Assembly (NCBI RefSeq): GCF_902459465.1
Contig: NC_047072.1
Location: 8,060,001-8,124,000 of the forward strand
Reading direction: 5' to 3'
Length of the DNA stretch: 64,000 bases
DNA from: Asterias rubens
Taxonomy: Eukaryota
This document shows, piece after piece, positions 11,696 to 23,185 of the stretch; within the stretch, counting starts at the first letter, position 1; every line of letters begins with the position of its first letter. Both the position numbers and the translations under genes were made by a program. The notes below the pieces were generated by a model. The model made no database searches, was not told where the DNA came from, and worked only from the letters and a program-made list of their open reading frames with translations.

Positions 11696-12263
11696 TTGTA
11701 GATTTCTTTTAGCCTTTGAGAAAGACGCTGCTAGGGTGTAAACATCAGGGCCCAATTTTTGTTAATCGTGAAGCGTTTCGTGAAATCGGCTGCAGGTCAT
11801 CATGGTCATCAACTATTTTTGTATCTTGTTAGTGTTGCACCAAGGTTTTCCTCCATTGGGGAGGCCGGGCATTGTGTTCTCCTGTCCAATGTACTTATTT
11901 GGAAAGATCCTGATGTAGGGATGTGACAAGAACAAATTGTTTATTTGTTGGCTCTGTGTCTCAGTATGTGACGCCCCAGGGGTGCACAAACATACCATTC
12001 GTGTACTGTGTACTTGTTTCTGTAAACATGACTGGGATTAAATGCCTCGCCAGTATACCACATAAGACCTTGTTTTGGGTTGGGAGTGATTTTGTCCAGT
12101 AATTTTGAATCTTGTTAATTATTTAGACTGAGCTTGGTTTTGTGCACTTCGAATGTTGATAACTAAGCAGCAATTTTGTTTTATTTTTGTTTACATTTGT
12201 TATTTTGTTAGAATCCTGGCAATCAGCCCAAAACTAGATAAAATTTGTTGAAAAACTTGAATG

Positions 12264-12296
<33 letters not shown>

Positions 12297-12819
12297 ACTC
12301 TTGGAATATTGAACTATTAATTTCAGCTGCCACTTCCTGGGTTAAATCTTTTACGTACATGTTTTCCGACACCAACCACACGACCAAAACTGATGATGCT
12401 TTTTAAAAAAAAAAACTGTGTTTTTTAAACAAAAGATGGGTCCACAATTTTTTTCATCCCACCTGCCCGCAGAGATGTCGCCCTTTTGAACGTCAAAATG
12501 CAAGGTTAAGGATAATATGGAAATGCGCCCCCAGGTCGCTGGATTAGGTGGGTTGGACTTGTTTTGGCAGAGCCCATTCAGGTTGGGACCTTAATGGTTC
12601 ACTGGTCCCCTCAAGCACTGGTATCCCTGTGTGTTGACACTGCTTTGTTTTCATTGCTGGGCTAGGCAGCTGGATGTATAATGACAGACATGTTTAGGAT
12701 GTAACCACAAAGCCTGTTGTCTCTGAAAACGTCTGAATGCTGTGTTATCTAAAAATGTCAGAACGCTGTTACTGGGCATTGTCTTTGTGATAAGGTTTAG
12801 ATTGTCAATAATGCTACTA

Positions 12820-12990
12820 CCATCGTATATTTGGTTTGCGGTAACACCATGTATTTTGTTCTTTTGAGAAGTTGTCTTGCTGTACCGGGGAGCAGATTTT
12901 TCTGAATTTGGGAAACTTCACAGTTATGAAAAGAACTGTTTTGCTTTTTTATTTCTATCTGGGTGAAAGGTAGGAAATCGGCCGTGACTA
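12820..12990 (-). mobile_element. Family H interspersed repeat
   Basis: tggtttgcggtaacaccatg...aagaactg..ttgctttttt...aggtaggaaatcggc is shared with 26660-27195. Confidence 0.7.
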
Positions 12991-13261
12991 AATTACTTTC
13001 CCTTAGTGGATCGAGGGGACTTCACTACCGCGGAGTGAGTTCTTAATTGGCCTTCAGTCATCATCAAGAAACGAACGACTGTCTTTATGTTCCCTGTGTT
13101 AGGTATCAACCAAAACCATTGATAATCAGATGATACAATAAGGGTGCCAGACTATTATCCCAACCAGAGTCTGTTTGGCATGATAAAATTCAATCAGGAG
13201 AAAAAGAAGATCATTCCAAATATTAATTCCTTTAGTAGTTCATTTCTTTACTTGAGAACAG

Positions 13262-13437
13262 TCAGGCCTGATACTTCACGGAGGCAACAGAGGCAATTGC
13301 CTCCATGCCCCTGGTCACTGACTTGGTGCCCTTGAAATGCTCCTGTAGAAATTTACAATTTCCTCATAGCTTGCCCTTTACCAAGGAGAAAATGCCTTAA
13401 TGCTCTTGCCCTTTCAAAAACGAAGCACACAGGCCTG
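13262..13437 (+). mobile_element. Family E ~175-bp repeat with caggcctg termini (probable non-autonomous DNA transposon)
   Basis: Both ends are caggcctg. The body (ttggtgcccttgaaatgctcc...ttgccctttcaaaaacgaagca) recurs at 21788, 50385 and 53845. Confidence 0.75.
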
Positions 13438-14371
13438 GAACATGAAGAAGAAAAAAAAAGCCAAGTTTGCATCTCGCAATAGCTTCTCCTTCTGTTGAGA
13501 ATTAATGACATCATTACCAAAGCTCGGTAGCTTCCTCATCAAACTTTCATGTTCAACAGTCGACAGTGGTTTAACGACTCGGCACGAGAAAGCGAAAGTT
13601 TCCATGATACAGTCTTGCTGTGTGATTACCACTCTCTTTAGGCCATTCAACAAGACAATCTGACCAGCTAATTACCCCCCATTACACCCGAGAGTTGGCT
13701 CTAATCGACACCGCATACAACCAATCTATACGTTCTATCTGCAGGCCCTCTTTGCCCTTCTCCAAATCGTGAAAAAAACACAGATTTTTTTTCTCATATA
13801 TGATGAGGCACACTTGACTAACCATGCCAGAAATATAATTAGAGGGTAATTATAAGTGAATCCAATAGCCGTCTGATGAAGGGAGAAAACCCGAGGCTTG
13901 TCATTTTTTAGAAGACATTACCCCTCTTTTTTTTTTTAACCCTCTTTGAAACTTGCGGGGGAATGAGGTGTCCCAGGAGAAAAACACTCTGCAAGTTTCT
14001 TTACGTTTTCAAAGTTTAATTGAGCGGACTGAAAATTAACTGTCATTAGACGAGGAGCGTGACAGGCACCATCAGCAGTGATTAATAAGTTTGGCATAGT
14101 TATTTCTATGGAAGAAAAATTCCTTTTGGGATGAATGATAAAAAGTTGCGTTAGGCATCAGACTAGTTTGTCCAGTTGGGAATGAGATCCTGTACCCCCC
14201 CCCTCCTCCCAAAAATTGCGAACTTCTTCTGATAGAGCCCTCTTTTGAATCCTCCTCCTCAAGCCCGTGTTAATTCTCAAGGGAACATACTTCCCTGGGA
14301 CATCAGTAACCAACAACGCAAGCAAATGTTCACATTAACTTTTGTAATGTTGTGAGAAAATGTGCGTGTAG

Positions 14372-14495
14372 CAGCCCTGGAATTCCATCTTCAGAGGGCA
14401 AGGGCATTTTCATTTTGCAAAGGGCACTTCTTTTGGAAAATCTTAAAATGTCTATGGGAAACTTTTCAAAAGACACCAAGGCCAATATATGAGAC
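14372..14495 (-). mobile_element. Family E-related repeat
   Basis: cagccctggaattcc...agggcaagggcatttt...gcaaagggcactt is also present at 24925-25082. Confidence 0.65.
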
Positions 14496-14499
14496 CAGA

Positions 14500-14900
14500 G
14501 ATTGATTTCACACAAAGGACTATTCCTAGGAGATATAAAAAAACTTAAGGCTAGTCCTAAGTTAGGGAGAGGTTGATAGTATAAAACATTGTGAGAAACA
14601 ACTCACCCTGAAGTTACATATTTTTCGAAAAAGAAGTAATTTTCCACGAATTTGATTTCGAGACCTTTGAGGTCTCGAAATCAAGCATCTGAAAGCGCAC
14701 AACTTTGTGTGACCAGGGTGCGACATGGATGTTTTTTCCTTTCATTAATATCTCGCAACTTCCGAATGACCCATTGAGCTCCAACTTTCACAGGTTTTTG
14801 TTTGTTATGCATATGTTGGGATACACCAACTGTGAAGGCTAGTCTTTGACAATTACCAATAGTGTCCAGTGTCTTTAACTCTTTGTGAAAGCCAACCCAG
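14500..14900 (+). mobile_element. Family D MITE with nested family A MITE (14563-14878)
   Basis: D left part gatttcacacaaaggactattcctagg...ctagtcctaagttagg, then an A body lacking its left end and ending gtctttaa, then D right end ctctttgtgaaagccaaccc. Confidence 0.8.
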
Positions 14901-15463
14901 GTTCAACAGAGGCCATGGCCTCCCTGGCCGCTGTGTAATCCCAAACCTGGTGTAGGCTAAAAGAAAAAAATAATAGACACAAACAAAATAAGACATTCAT
15001 TTTTTGTGGCATCACAAAAACTAGGGTGTTCAATAGCAGGAAAATATTAAAATTGTAATCGACTATATTGTATAAGTATGATCACAAAACTATCAAATAG
15101 AGGTTTACAATAGTTTAAACGAGAATGTGATTTAGACAGAAAGCCAGGTCACTACTGGTCAGTAAAATATTTGTACACGTCAAACTTAACAGATTTGAGA
15201 AAAACATGAACTACAAATATGTCAAGGGATTCCTGCAGAATCTTTTGACTTTTTCCCCCATCCTACCTCAGAACTGGATGTGGACATTTTTACTAAATGT
15301 GTTGATATTGCACATGAATGAAGAGATTTAAAAAAAAGAAAACAATGTAAATGGGAAACTGTTGACACAAAAACACGTCAACAAAGTTCTGTTTTTTCAA
15401 ACAGACCGTTCACGAAAGTGCATGTAAATACTTCAATTCAAAACCAGGTGCAGAAATAAGCCG

Positions 15464-15477
15464 GTTGCCGTGGTTAC
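15464..15477 (-). promoter_or_regulatory. RFX X-box-like motif
   Basis: Reverse complement GTAACC-AC-GGCAAC fits GTNRCC(N0-3)RGYAAC. Sequence match only. Confidence 0.35.
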
Positions 15478-15947
15478 CATTTCATACATAGAGGCCTCTT
15501 TTTGCTATCAGCCGGCTGTTTCACTTGCAAACACACTCGATGTCCCGTCCCAACCCCCCCCCCCCCCCCAGACTTGGCGTGCCTTGTCTGACATCAACCC
15601 CTAAAAAGCTTTTCCAACATCACTTTGGCTTTCATTTCTGTCAATTTAGTGACTCCTTCAAAAAGTGAAATTGTCTTAATTCGAGCTGGCACAACTCTTA
15701 ACACGTACCCCCTGTGTCCCGTAAAGTGTTTTATCACTGTGGCGCCTCCTCCCATCCATGTCTTGCCTCGGAACGTTTCATGTCGGTTTGACTTTAGTTC
15801 TTGGAATAGTGAAGAGATCGATCAAGGCTTGTTTTGGGGGGACGGGGGATGGAGAGGGTGTTGGATGTTTGTTCTGGACACAACACAAGGTTGTTTTCTA
15901 GGAGAAAGCGGAGAAAGCAACATTTTGTTGTTGTACGTACATGTTGG

Positions 15948-16150
15948 GGAATAAACAAAACAACCAACTGGGCTCCAAGAAACTGAACAAAAAAAGGACG
16001 AAGACAAACAGAAGATGGAGAGATGAACTAAGTACATTATAGGGGCATTTGCTTGGCAACAGACAGTGCAGGATAGAGTGAAATGGAGAATTAGTGAAGA
16101 GGCTTTCCTCTTGCAGTGGAGTGAAACAGGCTAGAAAGAAAGTAGGAAAA
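15948..16150 (+). mobile_element. RTE-clade LINE 3' relic
   Basis: Broken frames read TTNWAPRN*TKKGRRQT/RRWRDEL/GAFAWQQTVQDRVKWRISEEAFLLQWSETG*. This matches the RTE ORF C-terminal pattern W.PR..KR.RGR..RRW.D...W...AQDR..WR...EAF.LQW. Confidence 0.82.
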
Positions 16151-16467
16151 TAAATTGTCAACTTAGAGAAGGATCTTATGGGGGACAGCGTTTTGTTCGG
16201 TTTCTCTTGTACTTGGATGCAGATTTGATTTAAAAAAAAATTGGTTCTAAATTTTACCCATTTTTCATCACTTTACATCTTTGTATATATAAATTGGTCT
16301 CCAAATTTGTTCAGTTTCATTAGAACTTTGTCTTGCTTTTATATGTATTATACAAAAAGCATGCTCAAGCATGCGGCAATGCGACAACTCGGGTCGACTG
16401 AGTAAGTGAGTGAGTGATATAAAAAGCTTTGTCATAAAAAAAATTCAGGCAGTAATTACAAATAACT

Positions 16468-16665
16468 TTAAAAGATAGTGGACACTATTGGTTATTACTC
16501 AAAATAATTATTAGCATAAAACCTTACTTGGTAACGAGTAATGGAGAGAGGTTGAAAGTGTAAAACATTGTGAGAAACAGCTCCTTCCTAAGTAACGTAG
16601 TTTTTTCGAGAAAATGATTTCGAGACCTCAGATTTAGAATTTGAGGTCTCAAAATCAAGCATCAA
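16468..16665 (+). mobile_element. Family A MITE, right part missing
   Basis: ttaaaagatagtggacactattgg... through the internal hairpin gaggtctcaaaatcaagcatc. Confidence 0.88.
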
Positions 16666-16824
16666 AAAATCTTCCCTTTTTTTACACCATCTTTTTGTTT
16701 GATACCGGATTACACAATTCTAATCATATTTTTTTCAGAGGTATTAAAGCTTCCCTTTCAAGTAGTGCTGCAATGAAACAATAACAACTCTCGGAGATTG
16801 TGTAAACATACAATCACCTGATAT

Positions 16825-16838
16825 GTTACCACGGTAAC
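16825..16838. promoter_or_regulatory. RFX X-box motif
   Basis: GTTACC-AC-GGTAAC is a perfect fit to the X-box consensus and lies outside recognised repeats. Confidence 0.4.
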
Positions 16839-17109
16839 GTGACATCACTCTTTTATCAAAACAGACTTAAATGTTTGATACCAAAGGGGAAGGAAAGCTA
16901 AAAAACAGCGCCTGGGAGCTTTGGGTATAGCCCTCATGGGGGGATTGGAGCCCTGTAACATTGGGATCGTACGCTCCATTGCTCATGGCTGAAATCAACG
17001 AAAGAAATGAACCGTGAAATGTCTCCAGAAGATTTCCTCAATGGCGTGGCTATCTTCTTGGCACGCTTGAGGTGTCTCTTAAAGGGAAGGTATACTTTTG
17101 TAATTACTC

Positions 17110-17486
17110 TTAAAGGGAAGGTTCACGTTTGGTAATTACTCAAAACAAATATTAACTTAAAAGCTGACTTGGTAACGAGCATTGGAGAGCTGTTGATAGT
17201 ATAAAATATTGTGGGAAACGACTCCCTCTGAAGTAACGTAGCTTTTGAGAAAGAGGTAATTTCTCACACAAATATTAAAAGACTTCTAGCTAGAAGTCTT
17301 TTATTCCTATCTGAAAGCACACAAATGCGTCCAACAAGGGTGTTTTTTCTTTTATCATTTTTTTTCGCAATTTTGATGACCGATTGAGCCCAAATTTTCA
17401 CAGGCTTATTGTTTATGCTTATGTTGAGATACACCAAGTGAGAAGACTGGTCTTTGACAATTACCAAATGTGTACAGTGCCTTTAA
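17110..17486 (+). mobile_element. Family A variant MITE with alternative internal palindrome
   Basis: TTAA at both ends. Body aligns to family A by eye, but the central hairpin is the 28-bp palindrome taaaagacttctagctagaagtctttta (17276-17303). Confidence 0.88.
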
Positions 17487-18523
17487 AGGAACATTACAAA
17501 ATTGGAAAGAAAACAAAATTTGTCTTGGATCAAAGTTTTGCATAAAACTTACACGATCTAGTAATGATGATTTCAAATGTTCCAAGAAGTTCTGAAAAAT
17601 AACACAGCTCAGAGGTGCAGTTATTTTTTTCTAGGGACCAGCTTTGTGCAGGGATGCCAAAGCCCAGTTGAATAATTTATGAACTTTAACTCAAATGATT
17701 CAAATAAAATATGCTAAGGTGAATTTTGAAAAGGTTGGAATCCTCGCGGGCTAGACAAATAATTACTAAATACTTAAAGAAGTATTTAAGTTTTTTTTAT
17801 AAAGAACAAAATATTTGCATTCAGCACTTAGCTTTTAAGAATAGAGAGCCAACTGTTAAAATGGGCAGACTTTATATGCATAGAGTCCTTAAGTTAGGTT
17901 TAAAACACAGTTTCGGTATCTGATTCTTTGAACCATGTCAAAATGGGGATAAACCTGAACTGAAAACTGAATAAATCCATGAAATTATCCCGCAGTTGAG
18001 TTAAACCAATTCAAACGTGTCCCCTGTCAAATACAAAGATGAATTGAAGCTTTTAGAGCAAACAAACGGGGACAAATAATGACAGGAAGTGCCTCCCATC
18101 CGTTTTTTTTTGTAACAGGTTTTTTTGTTTTGTGGTCTTCTCGTTTTCAAAGACAAATCTAACGTGGCGTGCAAATCTGTCAGTCCCCTACGCATTGTAC
18201 AGCAATACGTCCACCAATGCATTAACCCCTAATCAGTGCACCGAACTAATTTACTGGTACAACCCGCGACAAGTGTCAGCACCCATTGCTCAATTTCACA
18301 ATTTCTCGGATGCGTATCACGAGTGACAGGATTGTATTTACATCGGAGCACATTCCCCCGCCCCCCCCCCCCCCCCACCCCCTATTGACCGACTTGTATT
18401 TGCTCGCTGGTGCCTCGATCTGTCCAGCCGATAATATACCGCACGTTCAGTTTGCGTTCGCTCTGCTGCTGAGCTGTTGCATTCTGGAATAAAAAAGAGA
18501 TTACAGCAGGTGATTTTCTTACT

Positions 18524-18886
18524 TTAAAGGATTTGGGTACCTTTTCAAAATCACCATAGATTTACATTAAACTTACAGGGTTTGAAGATAATGATAGTGG
18601 AAAGCTTCCCTTCAAATATTACTTACTGAGGTGCTGTAGTTTTTGAGAAATGAGTTAAACAATGTCATGAAAATACGTTTGTAAATGATTAAAATAATTT
18701 TCGTCTCATGAGACGAAAATTATTTTCATGACATTGTTTTTACTCATTTCCCCAAAACTACAGCACCTCAGCACGCAATATTTTCAGGGAAGCTTTCTAC
18801 TATCGTTATCTTCAAACTGTGTAAGTTTTGTGTAAATCTTTGGACATTGTGTTTTTTGTCCTACAAAAGTTACATAGACCCTTTAA
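18524..18886 (+). mobile_element. Family B foldback MITE (TTAA-flanked)
   Basis: ttaaaggatttgggtac...tacatagaccctttaa. The halves are largely inverted repeats around a 36-bp perfect palindrome (18691-18726). Recurs at 35621 and 51970. Confidence 0.92.
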
Positions 18887-19061
18887 AAACCGCGGTTGGG
18901 GGAGGGGAGATGAGATGAAAATCATAATTTGTTCATATTGGCAAATGCAACTGGCAGTAGGATTTGCGTAGTGTTATGAATGTGACACTTCACATTTGTT
19001 ACGGAATGAAAAGACATAAGGTGCCCATGCTCTAGGATTGGGACGATTAACCAGTTAACCG

Positions 19062-19417
19062 TTAAAGACACTGGACACTATTGCTAATTCACTAGTCTTT
19101 TAAATTGATGTGTCTCAACATATGCATAAAATAACAAACTGAAAATTTGAGCTTGATTGGTCGTCGAAGTTGCGAGACAACTACAAAAAAACAACAACAC
19201 CCTTGTCACACGAAGTTGTGTGCTTTCAGTTGCTTGATTTTGAGGCCTCAAATTCTAAATCCGAGGTCTCAAAATCAAATTCGTGGAAAATTACTTCTTT
19301 CTCAAAAACTTTGTCACTTAAGAGGGAGCCGTTTCTCACAATGTTTTATACTACCAACCTCTCCCCATTGCTCGTTAATTATTTTGTGTAAATACCAATA
19401 GTGTCCACTGCCTTTAA
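19062..19417 (-). mobile_element. Family A MITE
   Basis: TTAA-bounded, both TIRs present, opposite orientation to 9970. Confidence 0.92.
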
Positions 19418-20265
19418 GTGTACATCTTTTCCTGTTTATCACTCATACTAGGTTTTCGTCACTTAAACTAGTACTCGTCTTCACTTGTACACATACTTGT
19501 ATTCAAATACTCAACTACAAAACATGTTCATCCACATACAATATGAGATGTACACTCTTAATGTACACTGTAGAGTTGGATGGCTGTTGTACGCATACAT
19601 TGTAGGCTACATGCACGTGCAGCCAAGTTGCTAAATTTCCAGGCAGGCAGCAACCTTCCGTAAATGTCAGTTTTTCTACAATCGCAGCTGACCATCAGTT
19701 TTCCACACCTGATCAGAATCCCGCTGCACACTTTGTGTTTGTCTTTCTCCATGTTTCAGGGTTGCCCTTGCCCTTGACCCATTACTAAAGGAAACAGCCC
19801 CGCTGTTTTCACTGCCGAGAGTTTTCCACTTTTTTTATCTGATTGTCGTCCGACCGACTGCTACTTCTGACTGCAGTCATAAAAGGCATCTTCTTTTTGC
19901 TCATTGTGTGCAGCTACTTTTTTTTGAGTCTTGGTCGATCGAAGAAGAGATGAACAAATATCAGACAACCTTGCACGTTATGTTGTGTTTGTGGAGGGGT
20001 AGGGTAGGGGGTAGAGGGGGGGGGGGGGGGGCGGGATTAAAGGGAATTTATATGCCATCCTGTATTGCCATTCAACTTATTCAGAACTTATGTTTAAAGG
20101 CATTGCCGTCAATTTCACCAAACTTTTCTTAACTTAGAATTAACGAGTCCCAGCCTTGCACTGTCTGTAACATGTAAACCTTACGATAAATCCTAAATTA
20201 GGATGAGCTACTAGTCCTATTTCAAGATGGGATTAATCCTAGCGTTTTCGTGAAAATCCGCTGCT

Positions 20266-20606
20266 GGTCCTTTGTTAATTGTCAAAGACCAGTATTCTCA
20301 CTTGGTGTATCCCAACATATGAAATAATAAAAAAAGGAACATTTTGACTCAATTCGCCATTGAAGCTGCAAGAGAATAATCAAACAATTACACCCTTGTT
20401 GCACATCTTTGTGTGTTTTCAGATGCCTCAAAATGCTTCAGTCCCTAAGTATTTTAACATTTGAGTGAGAAATTACCTTGTTCTCAAAAACCGTTTCTCA
20501 TAATTTGTTTTATCTGCAGCTCTCCACTGCTTGTTACAAAGTACATGTATCGTCTTATGATAACAATTATTTTGAGTAGTTACCAATAGTGTCCAGTGTC
20601 TCTTAG
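20266..20606 (-). mobile_element. Family A MITE, diverged
   Basis: aattgtcaaagaccagtattctcacttggtgtatc ... ttaccaatagtgtccagtgtctctta. Confidence 0.8.
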
Positions 20607-21787
20607 AAATGCTCCTTATTTGTGGGCAGGGTAAGGGACAAGGTCGGGTTAAAGGGAAATAGTCCTTGATGTTGGATATTCCCAAATTTCTCTTCAAACA
20701 CAAAACACTTTCCCCCATGACAAGTCTGGTTCTTCCTCAATGAAGTGGGACCTTCATGTTGCTATGGAGATGTGATGTCACTGACAGTCAAACCCCTCAG
20801 GGGAACGAGGAGAAGACAAGACTGAGAGTGCGAGAAACGGAAAAAGAAAACCCTCACTGTATTTTTTTACAGTAAAGTTATACATTAGAAGAAACTCAAG
20901 ACTACACCGAGTTCAAATAAGACGTGTGAACTCTTGGTGTTGGTAATCAATGACAAACGTCAGAGCTCCAAAACTTATTACAAGTGCTTTGGACTCAATG
21001 AAACACCCATCCAGTCCGGTCCCTGGATATACACTATAACCTGTAGACTATTAAGCGTTAACTACCCGCAAGCCCCACGCGCACAGGTTGTATACATCTG
21101 CAAGTCATAAAGATCGAGGAATATCTCCTGAAATATTCAGTGAGCTTATAGCAACTTCTAGAATATTACATATGGCTTGCGCTTTTTTTGTTGTATCTTC
21201 TTTTTGTCTACTACTTCTTCTTATTTTTTTCCCACTGTCTGTGGGAAACTCTGCTGTATAGTTGGATATATAATGCAAAAAGATCGGAGTGATTTTGATG
21301 ACAGTGTTGTTTGATTGATGCTGTGCAAGTTTCTGCTCGGGGGTTTTCCAAAGGCGCAGGATGATAGATAAAGATGTCAATGACTTATTGATGTCTGACT
21401 ACGGGCAGCTGGAGAATACTGTGGAACAAGAGCAACACATTTTTTGGGGCTTCAGTATACTTACTGTACCTTATCATCAGGATATTTTTCTCGCAACCTT
21501 TTTTAGTTTTGATGAATGTTGACTTTTTTGAAATACTTAAAAGTGTGTCAAAATATTAATATTAATGGTAATACTTTACATTTATATCTTGCTTAATACT
21601 ACATTTGTAAGTGTTACAGTTTTTATCCTATATTATTGTTGAATAAAAGGTTGGAACTCGAACAAATTTTTGCCAAGTCAGAGCCAAATTGCCCGATGGT
21701 AGAGGTATGTAAACTTACATTTTAAAGTACGTGTAGACTTACATTTTAAAGTATGAGACCTATTCCTTTACAAAGCACCATGTAATG

Positions 21788-21972
21788 CCAGGGCTGTATG
21801 CTTCGTTTTTGAAAGGGCAAGGGCACCAAGGCATTTTCACACATTTTCTTCTTGGTAAAGGGCAGCCTATGATGAAATTGCAAACTTGTACTGGAGCACT
21901 TCAAGGGCACCAAGGCAAGGACCAAGGGCATGGTGGCAATCGCCTTTGTTGCCTCCGTGAAGTATCAGGCCT
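21788..21972 (-). mobile_element. Family E repeat
   Basis: Reverse-orientation match to 13262-13437 with cagggctg/caggcctg ends. Confidence 0.8.
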
Positions 21973-21994
21973 GTAGGCCTAATGTTTTGGTTCA

Positions 21995-22190
21995 ATAAAA
22001 CACCAGAAGAACACCTTCTCTTTATGATAAGTGCGCTGAGCCATTTTACTTGCGTTACACATCACAAAGGACCTACAACTTAACTTCCCGTCTGAAGTGT
22101 TTTGCATAAGGACACAAGTGTCACGACCAGAACTCGAACCCACACTCTGCTGATCGGAAACATTACAGCTTGAGTCTGGTGTTCTTATTT
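21995..22190 (-). mobile_element. tRNA-derived SINE (family M)
   Basis: Reverse complement has B-box gtgggttcgagttc followed by gacacttgtgtccttatgcaaaacact, matching 57700 and 58255. Confidence 0.75.
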
Positions 22191-22695
22191 GTATAATTAA
22201 GTTTTCACTGAGCCTCAGTGATTTCTTTCCCCATAATTTTTCACAACTCTCCTTTAAGGATGATACAGGAAACAAGGGTCCCCTCGTCGTCGCACCTGGG
22301 ACTTAAGGGTGGACACTTTACTCAAGACTTCTTTTGAGATGTCGGTTGGCTTTGATGCTTTGTGCGTTGGGTGACTTAAAACCAATGGCCGCTAGGCTGC
22401 TGGTGTCTCATCTATACAAATGACAAAGTCTAACCTCCAGGACACGTGTTGTACAATGCATGTATAAATCTATACCCGTAAGTCTGGAAAGTTGAACCAT
22501 ACATTCACAGTCGTCGCATTACACACTTTATTTTTACTGTTAGCTTTTATTTTTAATGCTAGTATATATTTTGACTTTCTTTCAGTCAGCTTGTAACTCT
22601 TTCAGTGCCTGCTTTTTCTGTTTTGAACATAGATTGCCTAGCTTTTTTGAAATTGTGTATAAAACATAAGAAAAAAGTCTTTCCTCACAAAACAG

Positions 22696-23035
22696 TGCCC
22701 AGTTTCATAGAGCTGCTTAAGCAGAAAATGGTGCTTAAAAAGAAATCTGCTTAGCAAAAATAAGCAGGATACCATCCGGTCATAGCAAATGTGAGATCTT
22801 ATATTTGCTGGTAACCTTATTCTATTAAGCATAATTTTGTTGTGCTAAACCACTTGTGTGCTTTATCAGCTCTATGTAGCTGCTTAAAAGTTTTCCCCGT
22901 AGCACAAACGAGCAAGATTCCAGTCACAAATTACTCACATGACATGGTAGCTTGGCTGAGGAACATTTTCAGGTGAGCATAATTTTGTTGTGCTAAGCTA
23001 CTTGTTGCGCTTGAGCAGCTCTATGAAATTGGGCC
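22696..23035 (+). mobile_element. Family F MITE (PIF/Harbinger-type)
   Basis: TIR-like ends gcccagtttcatagagctgct / agcagctctatgaaattgggcc, with cag on both flanks (3-bp TSD). Confidence 0.85.
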
Positions 23036-23038
23036 CAG

Positions 23039-23185
23039 GGGTCGATGTCACAAAGAGTTAGGACTAGTCCTAACTTAGGACTAGTCCTAGGAGATATACA
23101 AATTGCATGGATAGTCCTAAGTTAGGACGAGTAACTGGTACCAACTCTCGATAAGACTAGTCCTAACTCTTTGTGAAATCCACCC
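23039..23185 (+). mobile_element. Family D MITE (PIF/Harbinger-type)
   Basis: TIRs gggtcgatgtcacaaagagttaggactagtc / gactagtcctaactctttgtgaaatccaccc, flanked by cag and ctg. Confidence 0.88.

Noticed and set aside
13873-13902. Hammerhead-like ctgatga-a-ggg-agaaaa-ccc
   Set aside because: It is followed by gagg rather than GAAA, with no helix III or convincing stem I.
19990-20040. G-quadruplex-like G tracts (many across the window)
   Set aside because: Poly-G/C runs are ubiquitous here with no positional pattern, so there is no evidence of a specific function.
21100-21520. Protein-like broken frames (possible transposase relic), similar to 39240-39820
   Set aside because: No DDE or other recognisable motif and no TIRs. 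Would need BLASTX to pursue.
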